From Octopus sinensis (taxonomy: Eukaryota): a stretch of 64,000 nt of DNA. Numbering within the stretch: position 1 is the first letter of the stretch; each line of letters starts with the position of its first letter. The notes under the pieces were generated by a model. That model searched no databases, was not told where the DNA came from, and saw only the letters and a list, made by a program, of their open reading frames with translations. Shown here in pieces: positions 26,701-39,400 of this stretch. The stretch covers positions 70,432,001 through 70,496,000 of the forward strand of contig NC_042998.1 in the NCBI RefSeq assembly GCF_006345805.1. Reading direction: 5' to 3'. A program made the position numbers and the translations under genes.

Positions 26701-27219
26701 ATTCATGACCATAGGTGAGGGTGGGCATGAAAACCAAACTGAAAATAGTGAATTTGGCTTTTTCTACCACCATCTCCTCTTCTGAGGACTGGATGATAGA
26801 GCTTGTGGATTATTGTGCCGGCACCTGTAGTTTTAGCACAAACATGCACACATACACACACATGCATGTGTGCGTACGCACACACACACACACATACACA
26901 CATATATACACATACATACACACATTCATCATCATTGCCATTTTTAACATCCCCTGTTCCTATAAATGCTTGCTTGGGTCAAATGGAATTCATTGAGACA
27001 TATTTTCTACAGACAGATGCCCTTCCTCTCATCAATCCTTACTTGTTTCTAAGTACAATAATGTTTTACCATGGCTGGACATGTTTGAATCGAAGAACGG
27101 AAATGACCGGCACTTCTTGTATAACTGTGACACTAATATTCAACTACTGTGTAATGTCAACACAAAAAGACATACACACATTCATGTACACTCACATATA
27201 TGCATACATTTACACATGC

Positions 27220-27885
27220 ACACACATGTGATGGCCATCCACTCATGACCGAGGAAGATCATTGCTGACCTTTAGGAACATTTTGTGCTCTAGGACTAAC
27301 TTGTATTTTGCATTTGTAGCTCCATTGGTGTCTAATGAGCTCTGCTTTTGACAAGCATATATGCCTGCAAACACTGCAAACCAAACTTTCCCCGTTCACT
27401 ATGCTAGCAGTGTGCTTTTGTGCAGTACACTTAAATTCTTCATGCAGAATATAAACTCATTCAAAGTTGTCGACCCCCACCTTAACCTGCTTCCTTCATC
27501 TGTGGCGATGATGAGCATTGTTCTCCCAGTTAGTGTCCTGCATATCACAGGCCTTTAATGAGGACTTGATAATGAGGACTTAAACAGTCCTTAAATCAGA
27601 GCCTTGGTTTCTGCCAAGGTCTCTTTCCACTGAAAGGTGTCCAGTCCAACGTAACAAGTGCTTGTACACCATCACCTCAATATTCAAGATATCAGCTTCC
27701 CTCAGGACCTGTATATCTGGAGTTTTGCGATAAACATGGACTTTACATCGCAAGCACTCATTTTATGAACAAAGGCGATCACACAACAACGTGGATGCAT
27801 CCAAGGTTTAAAGTTTGGCACTTGCTGGATTAAGTCATCATCTGCAAGCGTGAGATCTATGACATTTGTAATGTCAAGACCTTTT
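27220..27885 (+). mobile_element. RTE(BovB-like) LINE 5' region with an AP-endonuclease fragment
   Basis: 27717-27881 reads LEFCDKHGLYIASTHFMNKGDHTTTWMHPRFKVWHLLD*VIICKRE, the TTWMHPRSKxWHLxDY motif of RTE endonucleases. Confidence 0.75.
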
Positions 27886-28246
27886 TTGGATCACACACAC
27901 ACATATACATGCATAATGTTTACATACATGGCATGATGGCTGTCTACTCATTAGACGAGCCTAACCATCACTGACTTTAGTATTAGCAATGCCTGTGCAA
28001 GTATTTTCAGCTGAGTGTGGCTTGCACAAAATCACAGTGTCTAATGCTAGTAATACCGAGAAACCCAGAGACAAACAAAGTGCACGATATCTTGGTCAGT
28101 AGAGCAGCAGCTTTTATATATGATTTATCCTTCCCTTAGAGGGATGCCTTAACAAAGACCAGGGGTCAGTCATTTCCAGTGGGTTTACTGTGCTCTTGGA
28201 CTCTAACCTGAACATTTCTATGTCCCAGTGCATACCTGCCCAGCAT

Positions 28247-28282
<36 letters not shown>

Positions 28283-28285
<3 letters not shown>

Positions 28286-28412
28286 GTGGTTGGCATTAGG
28301 AAGGGCATCCAGCTGTAGAAACACTGCCAGATCAGACTGGAGCCTGGTGCAGCCTCCTGGCTTCCCAGACACCGGTCTGGCATGGAAAACGGATGTTAAA
28401 TGATGATGATGA

Positions 28413-28415
<3 letters not shown>
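28283..28415 (+). mobile_element. Short RTE 3'-UTR fragment (family C) directly after (CA)n
   Basis: GGAGTGGTTGGCATTAGGAAGGGCATCCAGCTGTAGAAACACTGCCAGATCAGACTGG...(GAT)n. Confidence 0.85.
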
Positions 28416-28453
<38 letters not shown>

Positions 28454-29619
28454 CATATATACTCATTATTGGATGACTGATGACTCGTTTAAGTTCCTTC
28501 ATCCATTGACAAATTTTACCTTTCGTTCCACTGGGTCTCCAATAAATCACCTTCCTCAACAAGCAAGATTGTTGAGGTCACTGGTTTAGCCGCTAATGGC
28601 ACAGTCATGTGACAGGTTGTACTGGATCACATGTTACTTGTAGTGCTCGAGACTGACTTGACCATACATGCATACACACACATACATAAAACAAGACATA
28701 CAAATCTGCACATACACATACATACATATGTACAAAAATACCCTGTTGTTGATGTTGAAATTCCAATGAAGGAGCTTTGGATTTAGGTTAGAAACCTGAT
28801 CTTTCTCTATTGGCAATAAATCTTGAAATAAAACTGAATAATGACACACACGCTTCTTTCAGCTTTCACCAGCCTTATCCTTGTTCAAGGTGATCTGCGG
28901 TGGGACTGAACCTGAAATTATGTAATTTGGAAGTAATCTATTGCCAACATGTTTCAATGTTTTTATACACATATCTTTTTTATTTTAGTTTGTTTTTTTT
29001 TGCAAGTGTCTATTTATTTGTTTGTGTGAGTGTGCGTTTTTCTATCATTTCTCACATTGTGTGAATATAAATATATAGGTATATATTTGTGTGTGCATGT
29101 ACATGTATGTGTGTGTGCACACACATATACATATCTATGCCTATATATTTATATTCACATGCTTTCACACAGCGTGGGAGGTAGAACAAAGATGACGGAA
29201 AGAAAAAGAAAAGTGAGTGAGAAGAGGGGTTGTAAGGAGAGAAAGAAAGAGACAATTTGTAGTAGATGAAAGAATAAGAATGGACAGATAGCTGGATAGA
29301 AAGAGAGTGTACATTAAAAGAGAGAGAGAGAGAGGAAGAGAGAGAGAGTGTCTATTTTTAGTTTGTCAGTTCAGTTATTGATCTTGTCATGGTTCTTGTA
29401 ACTAATCAATGTATTGTATTGATGTTGGTAGTTGTGGTGATGGTTGTAGTGGAGGGGAGTATTGGCAGTGGTGGTGGTGGTGATAGAAGCATTGTTGTTG
29501 GCAGTGCCGATAGTGATGTGGTTATGGTGGCAGTGTTGATGCTGATGTTGATGGTGGTGGTGGCGGTGGCAGCGCAGCGGTGGTGGTGGTGGTGGTGGAG
29601 ATAAAAATCTCCTTTGTTT

Positions 29620-31460
29620 GGTATTGGTTTGGTCTGGAAGAAGAAGCTTGTATCCATGGCCTTTGCATGTCCTCCAAGATTGGTGAGATTAACGCTGCTA
29701 ATATTCCACTTGAACTGTTGCAAGTCAGTGATTACAGAGAAAACACGGACAACGGGGTGGAAGTGGGGGAAATTTCCAGTGGGCCAGCATTCTGAGGAGG
29801 AAGGATTGAGCATAGTGGTTAAGGCATGGATTGAGAATGTCTGAGTGGACATAGCCTGAGATCAAACTACCTCTAAGAAGCAGAGGATGCTGTAATAGCA
29901 GAGAGAGAGAGAGAAAAAACATAGTTTTTTAGGGTTAAGGGCTGGAGCATGTCTGTGAGTCACTTTATGTTAATCTGTCAGGTGACCCATTTTGGGGTAT
30001 GATTTCAAATGTCTATCTTAGGGAGCAATACTCTACTGTGGTTTTCACCTAAACTTCATAAATGTCTTGGAATTGTTGAGTGAAATATTTTCTGATTCTG
30101 AAGAGGCAGGTTAGTCTTTGGGTTGTAGGTGTTGCTATTTTAAGGACTAGCATTTAAGGTGAGCTTTTAGGATTCCTGCTATGTGCTGTCGATGTTTTTG
30201 CAGTGGGTAAGTGTGATATTTTTTATGTATGCAGTGATTCTGTTTTTATCTTTTGCTGTTAGTGGCGACAAGTTTTGCATGACTGCATAGGAGGAATGTT
30301 TTCGAGTTCATAAATTCATAAATTCAATGCAAATTTAATGTGAGGCATTTAAGTTGTATGTGGACAACATTTTGATGAGGAATATTAGAGGAGAATGAAA
30401 GAATGTGTTGTCAGCATAAGACTGGATGTAACAGCAAATAGGTTGATGTAAAAGTGGAAGAGTGTGTGGAAAAAACCCAAATCATGGAACTCACAAGAGT
30501 TGGTAGAATAAGGATTAAAAATGGAATTCAGGCAGCACAGGCTATGATATTGTGATCTAACAAGAAGAGTTGAGAGGGAGATAGAGCTCATAGGTGGTAA
30601 ATATTAGTCTCAAATTTTGACCCAGCAGGGTAGGTCAATTATATCGACTGCTTGACTGGTGCTCATTATATTGACCTCAAAAGGATGAAGGGCAAAGTCA
30701 ACCTTGCTGGAAATTGAACCCAAAACATAATGATGAATGAAATGCTGTGAAGCACTTTTCCTGGGGTGCTAATAATTCTACCAGCTCACCACCTTAATAG
30801 ATGATAAATTTTGATAGGAGATTCACATCCAGACATGGTCTGAAGCTTTGCTGCCTTCACCAAATATCTTGAAGGTGAGAGCCAACTGGTCAGTGACATA
30901 GGAGAGAGGTTCTGAAGTAGATCTGGCTTATGAGAGCCATTCTGAGAGGCATTTCATGAGTGTCTTGAATTGTAGCACTTATGAGGCTAGTTATCTAGTT
31001 CCTATAGCATACAAGCAACTTAGATCGTGACATTGCCCCTGAAGAGGATGCCAGTTTCTTGCAGGGTCACTCATTTACAGTTGAATAGACTGGAACAATG
31101 TGAAATGAAGCGTTTTGCTCAAGAACACATTGGAATACCTGGAGGAGGAGATAAATCTAAGGAGTTGCAGAAGGTTGTTGTTAATCACAGCCTCTATTAA
31201 TCTTGAGCTATCAGAAGTTTGTGTGAAAGGACACAAATTGATAGGGCCAGAATTTTTTTTTCTTTCTTGGGAATGAGATGTTTGTGTGTATTCCTGTTGA
31301 CAGAAAGAAATTGAAGAGTTTGGTAAGGCTAGTTAATGACTAGCTTTGGGGTACACTGTTTGGGGGCAATGGAAGGGATAATATCAGTGCAAGTGGATTT
31401 GTTAGTTGGGAGTAACTTGGAAGATGGTTGTGGTGTTTTCATATTCAAATCCCTCTCAAA
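29620..31460 (-). mobile_element. Decayed CR1/Jockey-group LINE RT and 3' end, interrupted by SINEs (family B ~30600-30795; second tRNA-SINE ~31040-31135)
   Basis: Minus-strand pieces: LTKLFNFFLSTG (~31310), LFHFYIN...SYADNT (~30420), VKTTVEYCS (~30030), TDLQQFKWNISSVNL (~29700). Confidence 0.65.
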
Positions 31461-31499
31461 TCTCAAACAAGCCCTAAAATAAAAGGACAAATTAAATAA

Positions 31500-31646
31500 T
31501 TATTTACATAATTATTTCCCCCAAGACACCTGAAGAAGGCTGGAGGTTGTATCAACCGAAACGTTGTGTTTACAACAAACAAGATGAGGACAAATATCTG
31601 TTGAATGTAAATAATGTACATAATTCCTCATCTCTTAAATATAGAA
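31500..31646 (+). mobile_element. Short Penelope-type terminal repeat element containing a hammerhead motif
   Basis: T(T/G)TACATAATT occurs near both ends; CTGAAGA...GAAAC core inside. Confidence 0.6.
31524..31571 (+). ncRNA. Minimal type-I hammerhead ribozyme fold (PLE type)
   Basis: Stem I AGACAC(31524-29)/GTGTTT(31566-71); CTGAAGA 31530-36; stem II GGCTG/CAACC with 1 mismatch; GAAA 31558-61; palindromic ACGT stem III; predicted GUU cleavage after 31565. Confidence 0.65.
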
Positions 31647-32118
31647 CTAAATTAAATAATGTAGGGTTTTATGCACAGTGGCATTAATAGCCAAGAGATG
31701 TGTGCTTTTAAATATGCTTCTTCTGGCCTCTCTTATCTTTTCTACTTTTACTTGTTGCAGTCATTAGACTGTGGCCATGCTGGGGCACTGCTTTGAGGAA
31801 TTTTAATCGAATGAATCGACTCCAATACCTATTTACTCTTTAATATACTAAATATTAGGACTGTCAAGGCTACGTAGGGTTTTATATACAATCTTATATA
31901 CAAAATGTTAGGACAGTCAAGACTAGAACACCTTTTGGTCATAGGACCACTTGATAAAAGCTGACCTGGGGTCAAACAACAACAATGGCCACTACTACTT
32001 ATTATACTGGCCACCATTGTTTTTACATCACCAACCACATTACTATAACCACCACCGTTAACAACCCCATTTTTACTTACACCACCACCAGCACAACAAC
32101 AACAACAACAACACAACA

Positions 32119-32155
<37 letters not shown>

Positions 32156-32814
32156 TCATCACAAATACTACCACAACAATCACTATCAGTACAGCTGCCA
32201 CCACCACCACCACCTCCACCACCACCACAATCACCAGTTCTGCTACTATTACTGTAAAACTTCACATTTACAATAAAAAAGGCCTCCTCACAACACACAC
32301 AAATGATAATGATGATGACGGTGACGTGGTTATTGAAGATGCTGCTGCTGCTTTTGATGCTGATTATGTGACAAGTAGTTACAGATGATGATGATGATGA
32401 TGATGATGATGCAGATTATAAATGCCATGTTTATCTGTTGTTTTCTCAATTTGTCAAAATATCTTTTAAAAACATTTCACTTGGATTTAGCTGAAGAATT
32501 CATCCTGAAAGATTAATAAAAATATTTAGTTGAGATGGGGTGGGAATGGGAGGATGATGGGGAGGGTGGGGGGCTTGGTGGGTGGGTGGACTAAAACTAA
32601 TAATTTAGAGGTGTGTTGCTTGAAATATGCTGGATGTCGAGCAGTAAGGGACTAACAACTTAGAGGTTGTGGTTTGAAATATGCTGGACATTGAGTGGCA
32701 GAATTAGAACATGTAGTAACTTAGAGATATGTGGCTGGAAATACTCACTTGGTTTTCTGGAGTAGTAGCCAAGAGGTGTGTGCTTTTAAATATGCTTCTT
32801 CTGACCTCTCCTAT

Positions 32815-33560
32815 CTTTTCTACTTTTAATTGTTGCAATCATTAAACTGCGGCCAAGCTGGGGCACTGCGTCAAGGAATATTAGTCGAATGAATTGACCC
32901 CAATACCTATTTACTCTTTAAGCCTAGTACTTATTCTGATGGTCTCCTTTGTCAAGTGGTCGTAGAGGACAGACACACACACACACATGCAATGGGCTTA
33001 TTTTGGTTTCTATCTACAAATCCTTTCATAAGACCTTGGTTGGCCTGAGGCCATAGTAGAAAACTCAGATCTTTTCGGTTTGAACGGCAGTTTTTTCTAG
33101 CGGTGTCATATGAAATTGTCACCCATAATTACGACCCTAGTATTGATCTATTGCATTTCAATCTGTTATAGGGTTAGGGTTAGGGGTGGGGGAAGGGTAT
33201 CTTCTTTCTTCAGAAATGTAAATAAACCCAATCTGTTTCTTAAACGAGGGACATATTCATATGGCACAAAATGTTTTCACCTCAATAGACGTCATTGATT
33301 GGTTGAAATTGCAGAAATTGAAGAAAAATAAAAACAACAAATATCTTACAAACTATAGAATTTTCTCAATAAAGCCAAGAGAAAAAGATGTTTTATAAAC
33401 ACATTCTACCAGTATACGAAGTTTAAAAGTGTTTAGTTACGTGGAAATTATTTTAAAAAACTGTCGTTCAAACCGAAAAGATCCGAAAACTCTTGCCCAA
33501 GGTGCCATACAGTGGGACTGAGCCTGGAGCCATGACATTGGGAGACAAACTTCTCACCAC
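32815..33560 (-). mobile_element. SINE family A split by a MITE insertion
   Basis: Head at ~33493-33560, continuing at ~32990-33058; microsatellite ~32970; tail 32815-32965. Confidence 0.85.
33067..33484. mobile_element. 418-bp MITE with 30-bp TIRs and an 8-bp TSD (Merlin- or hAT-like)
   Basis: TIR (A/G)GATCTTTTCGGTTTGAACG(G/A)CAGTTTTTT, 28/30 identical; TSD GAAAACTC at 33059-33066 and 33485-33492. Confidence 0.92.
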
Positions 33561-33834
33561 ACAGACATGCTTGCACATGTTACAAATGTCTGTACAGCTC
33601 TGTCAGCCCCAGTCCAGTGCCGGCACTCTTATCACCAAAGGCATTCAAGTCATGATGACCATTCTATGTGTTATATATCTACGACTTTATTGGTCAATGT
33701 TCTCTTCCATGTTTTAAGATAGTAGGGTGTAACCTGAGGAATATTTGACTGTGGTGAAGGTGGTAGTAGATGATATTATAAATGGTGTTCGTGGCAGTGT
33801 AGGTAGTGTTGGTGATGTTGATGATGATGATGAT

Positions 33835-34279
33835 GATTATCATCGTTCAACGTCCACCTTCCATGCTGGCATGGGTGGGATGCTTTGACAAGAGCCGGCC
33901 AAGCAGAAGCCTGCACCAGACTTCTGTAACTGTTTTGGCAGGATTGTTACAGCTGGATGCCCTTCCTAACACTAACCATTTAGCAGAGTGGACTTAGTGC
34001 TTTTTATGTAGCACAAGCACAGGTAAGGTCAGTTTTGGCAAAGTTTTTACAGCTGGATGCCCTTCCAAATGCCAAACACTTTACAGTGTGGATTAAGTGC
34101 TTTTAAATGGCACCAGCACTGACAGGGACCCCAAGTACTTGCAAGACAAAAAAAAATACTCTTTTGAGAGGGGTGGGGGCATTGGAGGAGGTGATCTTGT
34201 GTCAGATGATGAAAGGTTATAGTGAGACAGAGAGACAGAAACAGGTGTCTTGCTGTAGAGGAGATACAAGGTTACCCAG

Positions 34280-34314
<35 letters not shown>

Positions 34315-35095
34315 AGGAAGGAAGATAGAAACAAGTGCGCTGCAACTAAGGGAATACCCAACCTGAGGGAAGTGCAGAAGGAGAGAGAGAGAGAGAGAGG
34401 GAGACAGCAGAATAGAGATGGTGGCAAAGTGCCGGGCATATGCAATGATACAGAGTGACAGGAGGTTGGAAGCTAGTGGATAGCAATGATACAGTGGCAC
34501 AGGGCCAAGAGGACAAGATTGGGGAGTGGGAAGTAAGCATGAAGGGGAAATGTGAGGAGAGAAGAGATGTAGTGATATAGTTTGGTTTGTTGTGGTAGAG
34601 TGTGTGAGAAATTTTCTTGTTGGAATGCACAGTACTTCTAGAACTCAGTTTTGATGATGTGGGCAGGTCTTCTGAAGAACTTTATGTCACCAGACATTTT
34701 GGTCCGTTGTCATTTCCTCCATGAGGCCCATCATCCTGAAATTGGTCCATACCACTTCATCTCACATCTTCTTGGGTTTCCCTCTTCTGCGGGTGCCATC
34801 TGCTTCCAGTGATTGGCACTTATTCATGCAGCTGTCTTCATTCATACACATCACATGTCCAAACCAATGTAGTCTTCTCTTTTGCATGCTACATTTGACT
34901 CCTCTTAAGCCCAACATGTCTCTTAATACATTTGCACTTTGTTGTACATGTGCACTAAAGTTGCACATCCAATGGTGCATACTGCCTTCATTTCTCTCCA
35001 GTCTACATATGTCTTCTGCATTCAGAGCCCATGTTTCACTACCATGGAGTATAGCCGTTTGCACACAAGCATCATATAGTCTACCTTTCACTCTG
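33835..35095 (-). mobile_element. 5'-truncated RTE LINE: ORF2 C-terminus, long C/T-rich 3' UTR and a family C-like tail
   Basis: ORF 34762-35091 KGRLYDACVQTAILHGSETW...KRRLHWFGHVMCM...RRRGKPKK is a typical RTE C-terminus; downstream GGAAGGGCATCCAGCTGTA cores and a (GAT)n tail. Confidence 0.85.
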
Positions 35096-36379
35096 AGAGA
35101 GAGAGAGAGTCCTTGTTAGTATTAATAGTTTCCAGTGGTGGTGGTAATGGTTTTTGAGGTTGTTTAACTACAGATCATCTCTAATTTAGCTGACATATAT
35201 TGAATAACATTCCAGCTGTGGCCAACTCACACTTTTAGTGAATAAAGGACTACATCTGATTTTGGGTGTCTAGGTTACATTTCGATGATGCCAGTGTACT
35301 GGTGTTTTCGTACTTGTGTACAGGTGTCTTCCGTGAAGGAAAAGTGAAGGGTATTATTATAAATGTGAGAGAGGGTGTATTTAGAATTAGTATGCATTTT
35401 GGGCTAAACAATTATAGGATAATGAAAACTGCAATTTTATGGTTACAATCTTGGTAGTGTATAGAATTTTCATGAGCCATAGTTTGTCTTCTGTTTTTCA
35501 CTATTTAACATTCATCTTTCCCTGCTAAATTGAACAAGATATTTTATTGAAATTGTTGCTTTTACAGCTAGATAGATACCTTTTTCTAGTTATAACTGCC
35601 ACTTTTGTAGTTAGGCAAAGTTATATACCATATTATATGTATTTGTCGTCACACTACAGTAGCTACAGCCATAAGATTGGGTATTATGACTGTATTTATA
35701 TTAAGCAACTATAGTTTCTGAGACTATTGTTGATCAGAATTAACTTTAGTGGAAATAAAACAGATGTGATGTTTGTTGCTGTGTCAAGAGATAGTGAAAA
35801 GACTAATATACTTAAGCTTGTTTTGTGGTGGGGTTTCCATAGACTTGTGTTGTTACTATTGTAGGGATGGTGTTCTGATGGAGCAAGTGTTGTTGTTGGT
35901 AAATTTTCTTTGATTAGGTTGTTGTTATAGGGGTGATAAGTTGGCCATTAAGTACTGGTCTGTTGATAATTGTTTAATGATGACCACCCAGTCTTTGTGG
36001 TGATCTTACTAAGATGGGACAGTTGATGATTAATATAAGAATTAGATGGGTGTAGTTTATTAATGACCAGTCTTTATGGTAGTTGAGTCACAGAGGGACA
36101 TTTAATAACTCATAGGCGTGTGGCTTGAAATATCCACTTGTTGAGTAGGAGACTGCACAGTCACACTAGTAACTAGCAACAATGTATACTGTTAAGAAGG
36201 GATATGATGTTGCTAAATTACATAGACAAAGCCTCTTATATCATGTTCGTATTTCATTGTTTTTATCTGCTGGGTCTGGAGGAAGGGGTTATGCCCAGGC
36301 TCTTCACAGGCCCTATGAAATTGTAGAGTCCTGTATTAATGTTTAATGTATTAATCTAGTCTTGTGTGGTGACTAGATT

Positions 36380-37030
36380 GCAAGTAGATAATTTCTGGTT
36401 GTGGAAGATAAAGAATAATGAAGGGTAGTATCATTTGTGCAAGAGTGGATGTGATGGTAAATAGGTCATTGATGTGTATGAGAGGAAGGGAGCTGGGGAC
36501 AAAACTGAAACTTGGGTATTCCTAAGTTGATACAATGAAGAATGGAAAGAGCTTTATCAAGAATTGCTGCAATGGTGAGATCAGATAGGAAGCTACCAAT
36601 TCAAAAGATGAGAGACAGAAAGCACCCATGTCCCTGGATTTTCAATAGGAGATTTGCATGCCATATATGGTTGAAAGTTTTGCTGATAATGTTGAGGCTG
36701 ACAAAATTGCTTTCACCAAATTTCAATAAGAGGGATGCTCACTTGTCAATGATATAGGGAAGTAGATCACCTGTGGATCTGGTTTTATGGGAACTATACT
36801 AGTAACCATTAAAGAAAATGAGTGAGAGAAAGAGAATGAAAGAGAGAGGCAGGGATTTAGGTGCAGTACATCATTACAAACAACAATCTCCATTACTTAA
36901 GAAATACTGCAAGTGGGTGTAAATAGGAGACAGCAGGTCTGAGGTGGTTACCTTTGTTAGGAGTGGGATACACTAGATTGTGTTACCAAGGACCATGGTA
37001 TATCCCTGGAGAGAAGGAGATATTAAAAAG
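36380..37030 (-). mobile_element. Decayed CR1/Jockey-group LINE reverse-transcriptase fragment
   Basis: Minus strand: ...LVYPTPNKG..., GESNFVSLNIISKTFNHIWHANLLLKIQGHG...IGSFLSDLTIAAILDKALS...INLGIP, resembling LDISKAFDRVWH...GVPQGS. Confidence 0.7.
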
Positions 37031-38349
37031 ACATTGAATGGTGTAGACCCAATTAATTGTTTTAGTGGTTCCGTAGTGCTTGTGTAATGGCGGTTGTACT
37101 GTGGTCATGTAGTGGTACTAAGGGTCTGCATGGTGGCTATGTGGTGTTTGTGTAGTGATAGTGTTAAGTATCTAACTGATTAGTTGGTATGTTTCAAAGA
37201 AGATTAATTGGCAAATGTTTCTGATTGGTTGGTTGAGCTACACATATGTGTGTGTGTGTGTGTGTGTGTGTGTATAAATACATGTACACACACACAGTGT
37301 TTTAGTGTGCAATCATTTGTGTACTTTGTGTTGTGGTGCTTGAGGTTGTTTCAGAGACGAGTGGTTAGGTGATTGGTTAGTTTTGATTGGTGGTTGTCTA
37401 AATTGTTGCTATGATGGCAGAGAAAGGTTGTCCTTTGGAATCAACCATCCTTCTGTCAAAAAGAATCAGGTTGATTGGCAGAATTAGAAGAATCTGACAT
37501 TTTGGATTGTCTTCAACAAGTCAGAGAAGAACACTGCCATCTCCCAGAATGTATGATTCATGATTTTTCCTCTTAAGTTAACTCAAGGATAAGAGCAAGA
37601 AATCTCCGTAGAGGGAGGGGGGGAGTGAGCTGAGGGTAGGGGGGAGTGAGGAGAGGAATCGAAGAAGGAGAAGATGTGCAACAACAAGTGCAGCAACAGA
37701 AGCAACAGCAACAAGAACAAGAACAACGACTACAACATTAGCAGCACAACAAATAAATGAAAAATAAAAGCAGAATTGACAGCAACACATAGGAAGGAAC
37801 AAAGAAAATATTTAAGGGGAAAATTACGACTTTCAGTTTTACTGATCACCATCAATACCATCACTGATGAAATCATCACCACCACCACCACCATCACTGC
37901 CACACCACACTATTACCATCAATACCGTAATTGACATACTCCCTCTGCCACTACCGCCCCCATCATCATCATCACCATCATCCTCATCATCTCTACTGCC
38001 ACCATTATTAACATTAGTGGAAAGACAGTTGCAACAATATCCTTATTATCATCATCATCGTCATCAACATCATCACCACCACCACCTCCCGCACCACCTG
38101 CACCATCATCATTGTCATTAGAACCATCTGTGTTTGTCATCACGTTGACAAACTCCTCCTTCCCATCAACATCATCATCGCTGCCAGTATTACCATCAAG
38201 GGGGTGGATGGGTTAGGATGGAATGGACTGGTGTGTTCTAACAGGTTATCTGGTTTAATGTCACCATCATCAACACCATATTGTTGGGGTAGTTTTTAAC
38301 TGAGTTCACTCAGTCCACGAACTCTCTAGCCATTTTTTCTGTAGAGACT

Positions 38350-38520
38350 GAGGTACAAATGGCTGTGTGGCTGAGAAGTTTGCTTCCCCACCACATGGTT
38401 CTGGGTTCAGTTCTACTGCATGGCACGTTAGCAAATGTTATCTTACTATAGCCCTGGGCTGACCAAAGCCTTTGTGAGTTGTTTTGGTTGACAAAAACTA
38501 AAAGAAGCCCACTGGGTGTG
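38350..38520 (+). mobile_element. SINE family A, 5' half
   Basis: GGCTGTGTGGCTGAGAAGTTTGCTTCCCCACCACATGGTTCTGGGTTCAG...ACTAAAAGAAGCCC, then a microsatellite. Confidence 0.8.
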
Positions 38521-38551
38521 CGTGTGTGTGTGTGTGTGAAAGAGAGAGACA

Positions 38552-38585
<34 letters not shown>

Positions 38586-38612
38586 ATGTGTGTGTGTCAG
38601 AGAGAGAGAGAA

Positions 38613-38654
<42 letters not shown>

Positions 38655-38669
38655 TGTGTGTGTGTGTGA

Positions 38670-38965
38670 AGGCATTTGGCCTAGTGGTTAGGGTATTGCA
38701 TTAATGATCATGACCACAAGATTGTGGATTTGGTTCCTGGACTGAGCAGTGTGTTGTGTTCTTGAGCAAAACACTTTTTTTTTTATATCCCAATCCGCTC
38801 AACTGTAAATGAATAACCCCTGCAACAGACTGGCTTTCCAATCAAGAGGAATGTCAATCCACTTGCTTTGCCAGTGGGATGACATCATTCGAAAGCTAAA
38901 ACGATGTAAAGTGCATTGTGACCAGCAATGTATAACAACATCCGATAGGCTGGTCAGTCACATGG
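38670..38965 (+). mobile_element. Second tRNA-derived SINE type (V/Meta-like central domain)
   Basis: TGGCCTAGTGGTTAGGGT head, TTGTGTTCTTGAGCAAAACACTT, CCTGCAACAGACTGGC domain; a reverse fragment lies at ~31040-31135. Confidence 0.6.
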
Positions 38966-38997
38966 TTACATGATATGTATATATGTTTGTGTGTGTT

Positions 38998-39400
38998 TCA
39001 TCATCATCATCATCATTTAACATCCATTGTCCATGTTGGCATAGGTTGGATGGTTTGACCAAAGTTGGTAAGCTGGAAGGCTGCACCAGACTCCAGTCTG
39101 ATTTGGCATGGTTTTCTATGGCTGAATGCTCTTCCTGATGCTAACCACTCTGAGAGTGTAATGGGTGCTTTTATGTGCTAGTGGCATGGGTGCCATTTGC
39201 GTGACACCGGTATCTGCCACAATTGCAATTTTGCTCAGCTTGATGGGTCTTCTTCTCAAGCACGACATAATGCCAAAGGTCTTGGTCATTGCCTCCACGA
39301 GGCCCAACATTCAAAAGGAACTCAGCCACTTGGCATGCATGAGGCCTAACGCTCGAAATGAACTCTGCCACTTTGCCTCCATGAGGCCATGTATGTGTAT
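38998..39400 (-). mobile_element. RTE 3' end (last ORF2 codons plus family C 3' UTR)
   Basis: 39286-39310 aligns with the RTE ORF end at 34709-34733 (GTCATT.CCTCCA.GAGGCCCA.CAT) and runs on into the family C core and (GAT)n tail. Confidence 0.75.

Noticed and set aside
33171-33186. Telomeric TTAGGG repeats
   Set aside because: Only about two units, and they lie inside a TIR-bounded MITE; this is not a telomere or fusion site.
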